A stretch of DNA of 63,576 nucleotides, filler included, from Octopus bimaculoides (taxonomy: Eukaryota): the NCBI RefSeq assembly GCF_001194135.2. It is 5 parts of 5 records of this genome, joined end to end, with 100 filler letters (N's around TTAATTAATTAA, not from the genome) between each part and the next. Parts side by side here need not be neighbours in the genome. Positions count along the whole stretch, not along the records: positions 36,482 to 43,452 come from NW_026381994.1; positions 43,553 to 54,516 come from NC_068986.1; 3 more parts are not named here. One strand, written 5' to 3'. The notes under the pieces were generated by a model. That model saw only the letters and a program-made list of their open reading frames with translations, was not told where the DNA came from and searched no databases. Below, one piece after another: positions 41,291-53,392 of the stretch; positions within the stretch are counted from its first letter, which is position 1; each line of letters begins with the position of its first letter. The position numbers and the translations under genes are program-made.

Positions 41291-42595
41291 AGATTTTAGA
41301 AATGTAGATCTCAGACTAAACAGGCAGTCATGAACTATTATAAATTTACTGTATACCTTCTCGCCTAACCCCTTTAATTTTTTGGTTTTTCATTTATCGT
41401 ACATTGTTTTCCCAATAACTAGCAATATTTCTTTCTTGTCCAATAATTATTACGAGTGGGACCCATGAATATTTCACGGAATTATAGGTAAACTTATTGG
41501 GTTATTTCTGAAAACTTTATCCCAAAACCTTAAAAGTGTTGCCTGTGTTGTGTCTGTATTGAAAGATAGTTGCTCATCTGCTAATCCTTGAAAAGTGAAG
41601 GACGTTGGTAATAAACAAAACAAAATCTGTATTCCTTACACATGATACAGCCTTTAGTTAAATTGCATTTATCTGCCACATAAATAAGCGTGAATATTTC
41701 ACGGAATTGCTCTCATTCGCACGTATTAAGCGACAGGTGATATAAAAAAAAACTTAGTTCAATTAAAAAAATATATACTTTTCACTATCCACGCATTAAA
41801 GAATGTACTATAGGTCCGGCTTCACATATATAATTCAAGGTAATTTTTTGAGATATTCTGGAAAATTAAAGGCATCTTACAAGGTCAGACGATATTCGAG
41901 GAATAACACATGAATCTCATACCTAAAACATAACCAGCTAACTAGAAAGAGGGAAAGGATAGATTGGGGAATGTAGTTTTAGATACACTGTCAGTAAAGA
42001 GAAATGCGTGATTAAAGCGCGAAAAACAAATGATAAGCCGTGTTAATCAGATTAGCGGTGGATTTGACCGCCACAAGCTCTAACAACAAAATTCAAGTAG
42101 AAAGGAAAAAATAAAAAGACCAAAAGACAGTCAACGAAAAAATTTAAATTTCGACCATTAACACAAAGCCCCCAAAGTTGAGTTCAAAGTCTTGCATCAA
42201 TAAATATGCCATTTTTTCTCAAGTTTTCTGCATGTTGCTAAAATTTATAGCCGTTGGAGACTTTAAAATTGATTTCTTCATGTGGCTAACTTTAATAATA
42301 TTACCAATAAACAAATTACTGGATTATCAGATGAATTCGTTTGTTTTTACGTAGAAACAACAATCGACCCAGGAGAGCGATCGATACTCCAACTGTCACC
42401 AAAGTTCGTTGTATAGAAAGAGATAAATATAATAGGTTCCCTGTCTGAAATAGAAAAATTATTTACGAATATTCGATGGAATCTGAACAAACATAAAATG
42501 AGCACAAACGACTGCAAAAACACGAATAACAAAAGCAATAAGTGGCGAAAGATGACCATCTCTGAATACGAGTATAATGATATTTATCTCTTCTA

Positions 42596-43036
42596 AGGCG
42601 GCGAGCTTGGAAGAAATGTTAGCACGCCGGGCGAAATGCTCAGCGCTATTTCGTCTGCCGTTACGTTATGAGTTCAAATTCCGCCGAGGTCGACTTTGCC
42701 TTTCATCCTTTCGGAATCGATTAAATAAGTACCAGTTACGCACTGGGGTCAATGCAATCGACTTAATCCGTTTGTCTGTCCTTGTCTGTTCCTTGTGGGC
42801 AATAAAGAAAGAAATATTTATCTATTTTGGCTAGTTGGTATTCCATCGTCATGCATTTCAGACGACGGGACAAGTCGATTAGATCGATCCAGTACGCTAC
42901 TGATACTTAATTTATCGACCCCGAAAGGATTTAAAGCAATGTCGACCTCGACGGAATTTGAACTCAGAACGTAAAGACAGACGAAATACCACTAAGCATT
43001 TCGCTGGCCGTGCTAACGTTTCTGCCAACTCGCCGT
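42596..43036. mobile_element. SINE family A convergent pair (42596-42812 plus, 42865-43036 minus)
   Basis: Opposite-orientation copies about 50 bp apart. Confidence 0.8.
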
Positions 43037-44038
43037 CCATACAAACATAATACATATTGTTGGTACTCGTCAAAATCGCTTACACACAAAAAAACCACAC
43101 ATCCCAACGCACATACACACATTAAACAGTACATAAACACATACGTCCGTACACTATAAGCATAAGAGTACATATTGTCCATACTGATTAAAACTACTTA
43201 CACAACTATATCACAAACACACTCTCATAGACAAGTACAAGGGAGGACACACAGGCACGAATGCACACCTATATGTAAGCCAAAATATAAACACACGAAG
43301 ACTTATCGTTTTACGCTTTTGACGTATTGCTACATATTGTTAGTAGTTGTTTAGTTCTGTGAGATATTGTTTCTGGTCAAAAGTTCAGTGAGATTTATCT
43401 TCTGCTACTTGGCATTTCACTGAGAGTCAATACGAAAGGGTAAATATATATANNNNNNNNNNNNNNNNNNNNNNNNNNNNNNNNNNNNNNNNNNNNTTAA
43501 TTAATTAANNNNNNNNNNNNNNNNNNNNNNNNNNNNNNNNNNNNNNNNNNNNAGGGGTCTGTGGGTAGGGGTGGGTGTAAGGAATTGGATGGGGTGGAGT
43601 GGGAAGGTAGAGTAGGAGTGTGTTGGGGTGTGGTGGGATGAGCTTATGAGGGGGTGTTGACGAGGAGGGAGAAGGGGAAGGTGGATGTAAGAGAGGGGGG
43701 AGATGGGTATGGGAGGGGAGAGGAAGAGATATGGGGGTGTACATGTATACCCCCATATCTACCGCCCCTTCCTACTTCCTCCAATCACACGACCCATTTC
43801 TTGACCACCACACGGTCGATTTCCTGTTCACCATGCGGTATTTTCCAACTAATTGTTGTCGCCGAAATACCAATATCAAACCGCTACATCGCGTGACCTT
43901 TCTCGGCCAATCGCAGGCTAACGCCTAATAGTAAACACTGACTCTCTTCAACCGAATTCTCATTCAGACCCCAATGGCCGAAGACTAGCCACACGCTTGA
44001 AACTTAGGGTATCAAGGAATCTGAAGCAAACTGTTTTG

Positions 44039-44116
<78 letters not shown>

Positions 44117-44185
44117 ATAAAATTAAATAATAAGGGTAGAAATTGACATTAATCAATTAAAACCAGTGGCTTAGCATATTTAAAA

Positions 44186-44665
44186 AATCCGAAGATTAAA
44201 AATTGTGTTACATACAAAATTAAGAGGAATGACCACTAAAGTGGACACCTAATATGCTATAAACATAGACGTCAAATCGCCATTACCACGAAGAGTGTGT
44301 TTTCAAGAAAAATCTCAGCAAAACACCAAAATGTAAAAATGAGCAAGACAATTGAAAATATACGAAATAAAAAACGATTACCTACGTAGGTAAGCGACAG
44401 ACTACGCTGACGATCATGCAGATATCTGCGTGTTTGCATACATAGATATCAACAAGTGAAACCATGGTACGTAGGTAATCGTTTTTTATTTCGTATATTT
44501 TCATTTGTCTTGCTCATTTTCACATTTTGGCGTTTTGCTGAGATTTTTCTTGAGAACACACTCTTCGTGGTAATGGCGATTTGACGTCTATGTTTAGCAT
44601 ATTAGGTGTCCACTTTAGTGGTCATTCCTCTTAATTTTGTATGTAACACAATTTTAAATCTTCGG

Positions 44666-44668
<3 letters not shown>
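44186..44668. repeat. Long inverted repeat (arms 44186-44388 and 44468-44668, 79-bp spacer)
   Basis: Manual alignment: about 5 substitutions plus one 2-bp indel over ~200 bp; flanked by (TATC)n on both sides. Confidence 0.9.
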
Positions 44669-44706
<38 letters not shown>

Positions 44707-44814
44707 AAACATGCATGCGCACACATACACTTCAGCACAGAAGTGTATGTCTCACTGGTAGCAGTTGTTCCATTTACTGTCATGTGAATCATCCTATGGA
44801 GATTACACTTACTG

Positions 44815-44990
44815 GTTTCAGATTTTGGCACAAGACCAGCTAGTTCGGAGAAGCGGAGTTAATCGATTTCATCGACCCCAGTACTCAACTGGTACTTATT
44901 TTATCGACTCCAGAAGAACGAAAAGCAAAGTTGACCTCGGCAGAATTTGATCTCAGAACGTAAAGACGGTCGAAATGCCGCTAAGCATTG
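44815..44990 (-). mobile_element. SINE family A, 5'-truncated
   Basis: Reverse-complement match, starts at AATGCTTAGCGGCATTTCG. Confidence 0.8.
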
Positions 44991-45099
44991 TACATTTTAG
45001 AGCCTTTAAATATTCAGGGAGCAAATTTCTGAAATGGAATCGATAAGAATAAATTATGTAAAAAGAGAAAAAAAAAAAGAAAAGAAAACAACTGCTTAC

Positions 45100-45618
45100 T
45101 TGCCAACTTGGATCAGCCATCCGATAGTAAACAAAATTGTCTGTAATCCAGGAATATATCGCAGATAGAGTCATTTTGTTGGACGGACTTGCTTTCATAG
45201 CCATACATATAAGGGCAGCATAGGAAAATGGAGGTTTTACACAAGAGTTTGTTTTATAATCAATTGTCTGATGCTTATTTGTATTTTTGGAATTGTTTAG
45301 ATACATAAAATGGCTGTATTTTAATCTAGAGTCCGATTCCCCATCATCTTGAACAACCCGTAAAACTCCGTTGTCGTCAGCTTCTTCCGATACTCCTCCT
45401 CTACGTCCCATCGATGTTGTCAAAACCCGCGCTGATTCACAGTTTGGAGACGGCGACGGATTCGGTACCCGAAGAATCTTTAAGTTCTGAAGCCAGTTCA
45501 GACTGGTGAGACTATCGTCCAAATTAATTGAGCCGGTATTGTAGGTGTCAGACGGGTATTTGGATAACCAATTCTCACGCAGTTGTTTTGCCAAGTTACT
45601 CGTCGTGTAAATAGGCAT
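45100..45618 (-). CDS. FoxJ1: Forkhead box J1-like transcription factor, first coding exon (N-terminus plus first half of forkhead domain)
   Basis: Translation [22 protein letters not shown]...[14 protein letters not shown]...[55 protein letters not shown]. The DDSLTSLxWL motif and DYxTNxxVKPPxSYAxLICMAM are FoxJ1 hallmarks. Followed by GTAAGC donor (plus strand cttac 45095-45099) at the phase-0 WQ|NSIRHNLS position known from FoxJ1 genes. Upstream polypyrimidine tract plus AG acceptor (exon starts 45696) and in-frame TAA at 45690-45688 make ATG 45618 the start. Confidence 0.92.
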
Positions 45619-45695
45619 TTTGAGAGATGAAAGCACTCCAGTGCTCAGGAGAGCTTCACTACGGTCCGAGGAAGCACCCTCCACGGTTTATTCTG

Positions 45696-45725
45696 CCTGT
45701 ATGTAAAAATGGAAAATAGAAATTA
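45696..45725 (-). promoter_or_regulatory. 3' splice acceptor of the FoxJ1 first coding exon (implies an upstream non-coding exon)
   Basis: Minus strand reads TCTATTTTCCATTTTTACATACAG|GCAGAATAAACC; AG at 45698-45697, 78 nt upstream of the ATG. Confidence 0.65.
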
Positions 45726-47499
45726 GTGATTTCCTTCAATTAGCAACAAAAAGTTTTATAAACTATAGAGATATGGTGGTATTATCATATTACACTGTGT
45801 AACAAAATAAAAATATTTTAATTTTTTGTCTTTGATCAGTAAGTGTTATTTCCTATTTGCTTCTATCGAGAAATCAAAGGAAATAACAACTACAACCCTC
45901 AAACTTTGCTTTTGTCACCTATTTTCCATTACATTTCAGACAGATTCAACGTTGAGTTGCTATAGCAGAAATATCGTTACAGCAATTATTCTGCTCAAAT
46001 ACCACAGATTTGCTTGTCAGTTGCTTGACTGTAATCACTTGAGTATGTCCCTTAGTGGCTGACAATATGTACATCTCTGATGATGAGCAGGAGTAGTTTG
46101 AATAAATGTAACAAAAGCAAAGTTTGAAGGAAATATTAACCAGTTTTTCATACTTTCTAGGGGTAGGCAAATAGGAAATAATAGTTGCTACCTAAGGACA
46201 AAAGTTGTGTTATACAGTGTTATTTTATTGGTATTTAATTTACCGATACCGAAAGAATGACAGCTAAGCTAGCAAGATTTAAATTTTGGACACCATGGTA
46301 CGAAATTCTGGAAATCCCGTGATTCTAAATTCTAGTCAGCACGAAGCAATTATTCAGGTGCCTATTGACCAAGTTATCGACACTACTTATATAGACTTAT
46401 ATTTTTTAAAAAAATGTTCTTGTATGACATGCAGATACGTACACATGAATGCACATATGTAAGAATTGTGGTGAAATCAGTAATAGAATACTAATAATGT
46501 ACAATATAGGTGTCCATATCCTACAACATAAGAACTTTTCGAATCAAGACTACCATCAAATTCAAAGGACTAGGTAATCGACTGAAACAGAAAAGTAAAA
46601 GAAACGTGTAATTGTTAACGAAGTTAACTGCTTAGCGTATGTAAATAACCCATTCAAAAAGTAATAAAAGAGAAGACAATTATTGGACATGATGACGCTC
46701 TCGTGATACAATAAAATATGTTTTAACACACGCGTTTATATCTAAAGTGTTGCAAATCAAATACAAAAATGAAATATTATTTAGCAGAATATAGGTTTCA
46801 ATTTCCTGGTACAAGGCCAGCAAGCTCATTTTACTGACCGCGAAAGGATGAAAAGCAAAGTAGACTTCGGCGTAATTTGAACTCAGAACATAAAGACGAA
46901 CGAAATACTACAAAGCATGGCACCCGGCGTGCTAACGATTCCGCCAGCTCACTGCCTTTCCGTTTGCTGACATATTACGAAATATCTATGAATAACTTTC
47001 AACAGTCGGAATTCTCAGACAAGGATAAAAGACAAATACGTGTTTGTAAATCCAATCATCATAAGGGCTGCAGAAGTTATACACATAACTCTATGAAAGT
47101 GATGATACATTAATGAATGTTAATGTAAACCTTGAAAAGTAGGAATTAACAAATTAGTCAATTATTTCTTTACTGCATGCAAACGACAAGGATATGGGAA
47201 TATTTTTGATAACGTGGGCTGGGAAGATGATTCACAGGTAGTTAACACAGAAAGAGATCTGGGTCCTACATAACTAGATTTTACTTGGTTTCATCAAGAA
47301 TTAACGATACATTTTCCCCAAAATATTTCTCCTCAAGACAATTAGTCACAGACATCACCTGGATTCAAATACATTGTGTGTGTGTGTATAGAGAGAGATA
47401 CAGAGCTTTTGTCTACAAGCGTAACACCACATATCTTTGAGAGTAGGGTCAATAGAAATAGTGACGCTGTGGCTCTCCCAAAGAATTTAACGAGGCGAG

Positions 47500-47720
47500 T
47501 GAAGCTACACTACCAGTAATTGTATGTGGATTGTGGAATAGTTCAGAGAGCATGCAACTGCATCAACACACATGCATATATACACGAACTTTTCAGGTAC
47601 AATCTGTAAGTGGAACAGTAAAAGCATGCAAAACTTTTTGAAGTTCGATATATGAGGGTTGTTGTGATCGAAATTCCAGTGATGAATCTTTTGTTTCTTT
47701 GTTAGAAGCCAGCTTATTCC
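47500..47720 (+). pseudogene. Third fragment of the RLE LINE 3' end
   Basis: QVQSVSGTVKACKTF followed by CTTTGTTAGAAGCCAGCT. Confidence 0.55.
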
Positions 47721-49034
47721 TTCTAGGAAAAATACCAATAAACAGAAAAAAAGTAAAGACATTGATTCATGCATACATACATACATGCTTACACACACAA
47801 CTATATAACTATACATGCAAACAGCATCTCACAATAAATACATTAAAAAAAAACAGTTATTGATTAAGACAATCAATGAATATAGGAAAAGTGACCTTGT
47901 TAAATACACTTAACTATCGTTAATAGTTCAATCTACTTTACTGAAAATAGGTCTAGCAGCCGCTCACTGTTGACGTTTGTTTTGACAAATGCTTCTTCAT
48001 TAGCAATCACTATTGATCTTAAATACTCCCATGGTCAATGCCTGCTCACACACTGGCCTTCCTATCTGGGACCTCCTCTAAACACTATGAAAGCTGAGAT
48101 AAGCTCCAACATATTGCACTAATCTATACAAGATACCGAACTAAAAGCTGACGAGTAAGTTTCGGAGGATGCCTACAATTGGCAAGGGTGAAGAGTGAAT
48201 CTCCTTTCACTAGAATAAACGAACGAATCTTGATTTTGGGTTTTAGAAACTGGGTAACCATAATCATAAAGTCATAAAATTATAAAATCCCCATTTGTAT
48301 CCCTTTGCCTGTCTTGTGTATCAAGTGAGACACAGGGTATATTTCTATGGCATCCATGCATCATATATATTATACAAACACAGTTTTTTTCGACTACCAG
48401 AGTAACTGGGGACCCACGAATGAAAAGCTTTATATTACTCAGAATGTATGAAACAAGATCAAAGTAAAAGTTTGAAAACAAGCACGGGAATCCAAGACAA
48501 ATTTATGAAAATACTTTGGGCAGGTAAATGGTTAAACGCCATTAATACTGTGTGACTTACTCGTCCGTTACCCTTTTCACCGACCAAAGACTGGCATGTT
48601 GCACCTAACACTTTAGGAAACTTATGTGATGAGAATGTGATGAGAATGTGAGATAAAGCTTCGAAATGCAGATCCAGTCAGTAAGTTGTGTGATGACACA
48701 TGAGGTGGATGGTTTATTTTTCCCACCATCTATTGATTGCATCCAGGAATAGCTGGCTACTTAGGTTTTAATACAAGTGATTATTGTTGTTGTCAATGAT
48801 GACTACAATGATGATAATGGTGGGGATAGTGGTGGTGGTGGTGGGTGGATGTGGTCGGTAGCATTGATGATGAGGAGTATGTGTGTGTGAGAAAGAGAAG
48901 GCGAGAGATTTATTTATGATGACAAATATAACATAATTACTGTTTTCATTGCAGACGCCATTACAAATGATCATGGTCGTCGAAATACTACTACTACTAC
49001 CACCACCAATGATATTTATATTACCTATAATAAT

Positions 49035-49450
49035 GGTTTCAAATTTTGGTACAAGGCCGGCAATTTTGGGGAAGGAGTAAGTCGATTACAAAGACCCCGA
49101 AAAGATAAAAAGGAAAAGTCAACCTCGGCGGAATTTGAAATCAGAACGTAAAGAGACAGAAGAAATATCGTTAAGCACTTTGTTCGGCGCGCTAACGATT
49201 TTGCCGGCTTGCTATCCTAATTCTTTCTAATTTTAGCACAAGGCAAGCAATTTTTGAGGGCGGTGTGTGGGGGGAGTAAGTCGATTACAGCGACCCCCAA
49301 TGCTGAACTAGTATTTATTTTATCGATGTCAAAGACTGAAGTGCTAAGTCAACCTCTGTGGGATTCGACATCAGAAATTAAAGAATCAGATGAAATACTG
49401 TTGAGTAATTTTTTTCCCGATGCGATAACGATTCTACCAACACGCTGCCT
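49035..49450 (-). mobile_element. Two decayed SINE family A copies
   Basis: Two consecutive reverse-complement matches. Confidence 0.7.
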
Positions 49451-50479
49451 TTTGCCATCGCTGCTGCCAATCCAATTCGATCCAACCACCATCTTCAGAT
49501 TAGAAGAATACCAGAAAAATGAATAAACGAGTGTTGTGCTTGCAACACAGATCCACATTAGTTACCGTTTCAGCACTCACACAAACACATGTCAGCGCGC
49601 GTTTATTCGATTTGACACCGCAAAATAAAATGTACCAACAATATCCGTTTAATAGAAGAGAAAATCATGAACGCGCACGCACGCACGCGCGACACAACAC
49701 ATATAATAAAACAAAATGGGAATACATATGGAGTTCTAAATATTGGTTATTTGTCGTGCAATTAAAAAAAATTTGATTGCAGCACACACACAATGATAGA
49801 TAGATAGATAGATAGATAGATAGAAAGGCGGATGGTTATAATGTGTGTCTGAAGAAACATCTTCGTTTTTATATACTTAATGAAAAGATAGATTTGGATT
49901 TGTGATTCTATCGTAATTACAAAATACAAGTTGGTCAATCATTATATTTCAAACACTTATGGATGAACGTGCATTAAAAATTCTATTATCTTTTTCCACA
50001 GCTATTTTACTATGAATGAACAGTAATGTTCACTTCCACGGACACTTTTTGTGTGAAAGCGAATTCATTAACAATATCATTTGTTTGATTGTTTAAAGAA
50101 ATTTTATGAAAATACTTTTAAAAAACTGTACAAAAAAGAATTACAAATATTCGGTTGTATTACATTGTCATAATCGGAATGTTTAATGTGAAATATGTGT
50201 TTCAGATTTGTTTCAGGTGTTTATCGACCCCTTGTATAGCACATAAACCCCACAGAGGTCAATATTTACCAGTCTACCGACCCCTACTCTACAACAAGTA
50301 TTTTTAAAACGTTTTCTTTTCGGTTAACCTGTTCATCACATCGGGCAGCGTTTGCGTACCTCCTGTAAAGAATATAATAATAAAATGACTGAATACCATA
50401 AAACAGACAATAATGGATCCAATTTTACGGAGACCATAAAACACAACGTATAATTTGTTATTAATCATATTTTGAAAGA

Positions 50480-51105
50480 AGGCGGCGAGCCGGCAGAATT
50501 GTTACCGCGACGGAAAAATAACAAAAAAAAAAACTTAGCGGCATTTCTTCTGCCCTTACATTCTAAGAGTGGAGACGCAATGGCCCAGTGGTTAGGGCAG
50601 TGGACTCGCGGTCATAGGATCGCAGTTTCGATTCCCAGACCGGGCGTTGTGAGTGTTTGTTGAGCGAAAACACCTAAAGCTCCACGAGGCTCCGGCAGGA
50701 GGTGGTGGCGAACCCTGCTGTCTTCTTTCACCACAACCTTCTCTCACTCTTACTTCCTGTTTCTGTTGTGCCTGTAATTCAAAGGGTTAGCCTTGTCACA
50801 CTGTGTCATGCTGAATATCCCCCGAGAACTACATTAAGGGTACACGTGTCTGTGGAGTGCTCAGCCACTTGCACGTTAATTTCACGAGCAGGCTGTTCCG
50901 TTGATCGGACCAACTGGAACCCTGGACGTCGTAAGCGACGGAGTGCCAACAACATTTTAAGTTCAAATTCTGCTGAGGTCGATTTTGCCTTTCATCTCTT
51001 TCGGGGTCAATAAAATACCAGTCGATAAAATAAGTACCCGTTGAGCAGTGGGGTCAATGTAATCGACTTACACCCTGCCTCGAAGTTGCTAACCTCGTAC
51101 CAAAA
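50480..51105 (+). mobile_element. SINE family A split by a nested SINE family B insertion
   Basis: 5' part 50480-50567, 3' part 50952-51105. Confidence 0.8.
50568..50951 (+). mobile_element. tRNA-derived SINE family B (~385 bp), full length
   Basis: Head GGAGACGCAATGGCCCAGTGGTTAGGGC...GTTTCGATTCCCAG; tail CACGAGCAGGCTGTTCCGTTGATCGG; flanked by ACATTCTAAG / ACATTTTAAG. Confidence 0.85.
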
Positions 51106-51240
51106 TCTGAAGGAAAGTGACTAGTTGGCAGAATCTTTAACGCGTCGAGGAATAAATAAATCGTTGCAATATTTGTTCCGACTCCATATATTTTGAGTTC
51201 AAATCACGTCGATGTTAACTCTACCTTTTATCCTTTTGAG

Positions 51241-51300
51241 GTCGTTAATATAACGTACCAGTCGTTAATATAACGTACCAGCCGTTAATATAACGTACCA
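51241..51300 (+). repeat. 20-bp tandem repeat x3 inside a decayed SINE
   Basis: G(T/C)CGTTAATATAACGTACCA x3. Confidence 0.85.
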
Positions 51301-53392
51301 GCCAACTACTGAGATAGATATTATCGACTAACACCATCCAATCAAAATTACGACACAAGGCATTGATCTGCCCAATGCTATAGTAGAGAAAGGGCCGCGC
51401 AATGGGATCGAACCCGTAATCATGTGGTTCCAAAGCGAACTTCTTAACCATACGTCTGTAACTGATACATTTATCTAGATTCAGACAAAAGAATTTCGTC
51501 ATTTGTTTATTTCTAATTTTATTAAGAAGGAAGCTGTTAAATGATTGATAAATGCTTGCATGAATTATTTAGACGTTGCAATGTTAAATGAACCGAACTC
51601 GTCGGCATAAACGCAAGACCGTCTTTCCTGCAGGGAAATGAAAATGATCCCCTATCGTTTTGGTAAACCAAACAGGCTGCCTCGAATAGCCGTCTGTTCA
51701 GCAACAATTATTTTCATAGAAGATAAATATATGGAGCTTCGTCGGTTTCGACGGTCTGTAATTCTGTTTGATAAGCTAAACTACCTGCTCATTGAATAAG
51801 CATTTACGTGGCTGAGTAGTTCACAGACATATGTGCTTTTCATGTAATACACAGGTGGACCGGATCTATTGAATATGTATACATATATCATTGGCACTTA
51901 TCAAACACGAATTTGGCCATTGTCATTCTGTANNNNNNNNNNNNNNNNNNNNNNNNNNNNNNNNNNNNNNNNNNNNNNNNNNNNNNNNNNNNNNNNNNNN
52001 NNNNNNNNNNNNNNNNNNNNNNNNNNNNNNNNGAGCAGGCTGTTCCGTTGATCGGATCAACTGGAACCCTCGAGTGCCAACATGCTATTCCTATCGTCGT
52101 TGCAATTTATCATTTATTTATTTGTCTATTTCAGGCCTCGTCCCGTTACTCGATATAAACCTCTAGTTTTATTTTCTTTTGTTCTTCGTCCTTGTACTGT
52201 CTCCAACGTTTCGCACCCTTATTATCATTAGGGTAGGGGATAGGCAGAATCGTGAGAGGGTCAGGGAAAAAATACTTTGCATCATTTCTTCCACCCCTTT
52301 ACGATCTGAGTTCAAATCCCACCGAGCTCAACATTGTCTTTTAACCTCCCACAGCCAGGTTCTATAAAATAAAGTACCAGTCTCTCTCCTCAAAATTGCT
52401 GGCCTTGTTCCTAGAAGCAATTACTAAATAGAGTGGCGAAAGGCGGTGAGCTGGCAGACTTGTTATCGCGCCGGACAAAAATGCTTTGCGGTATTTCTTC
52501 TGACTCTACGGTCTGAGTTCAAATTTCCACCAGGCCTCACTTTGCCTTCATTCTTCCAGGGTCGATCAACTGAAATACCAGTCTAGTAATGGGGTTATTG
52601 GAAACGACTAATCCCTTCCTCCAAAATCCAAGCATTGTGCCGAACTAAGAAACCAATATCTTAAGGGACGGAGAGATAGGAGAATCGTTAGAGCGTCGGA
52701 CAAAATGCCTTGCAGTATTCGTTCCAATTCTTAACATTCTGAGTTCAAATCCTTCCGAAGTCAACTATACTATTAATTTCTTTCTAGGTCTATGTAATAA
52801 ACTACCACTTCCCTCCCCTCAAAATTACTTCTCTTGTGCCGAAATTAAAAACAGTCATCAAAGGGTAGTGAATTGCTAGAATCGGCATTGCCCTGCGGCA
52901 CTGAGTACATCCCAAACCGTTCTGACCTCAAAATCGAGGTCGACCGTATATTTTTGACAGTGAAATCCATTATACCATCCTACAAACTTTGTGACCCTTA
53001 TATCAATGAGAAACCATTGCTTTCGTAGTAGTTGTTGTTGTCTAAGTGATTATCGAAACTTTGAAGAGTGAATTACTAAAAGAATAAGACTGGCAAGTAG
53101 AAGCGAAAATAAATTAACATTTCTGTCATTCTTTCCCTCTCCCCTCTCTCTCTCTCACACACACGCGCTCTTTCTCTGTGATATGACCTGTCCGTTGTAA
53201 TATTTTCATGTGACCGAGCAACTCCGAATATGAGCAACAGTACCCTAAGGACAAGTTCTGACTACACGAGAGAGCAATTTACTAGTCAGTCTCTTGTGTA
53301 GATGAAAATAAAGACACTAGACTAAGCAGGCTAAGCAAAGGAATGTATCCTCTGAAACGAAGGACACGTAAAAGGTTTTGAAAGAAACTCTT

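Noticed and set aside
45619-45684. 22-codon N-terminal extension of FoxJ1 from the ORF track
   Set aside because: Starts at GTG just after an in-frame TAA; the conserved-looking N-terminus begins at ATG 45618.
48555-48560. Minus-strand GTAAGT donor as candidate end of the FoxJ1 non-coding exon 1
   Set aside because: A lone 6-mer with a non-consensus -1 base; cannot be supported without transcripts.
51241-51300. Short direct repeats resembling a CRISPR array
   Set aside because: No spacers; a tandem duplication of SINE-internal sequence in a eukaryotic genome.
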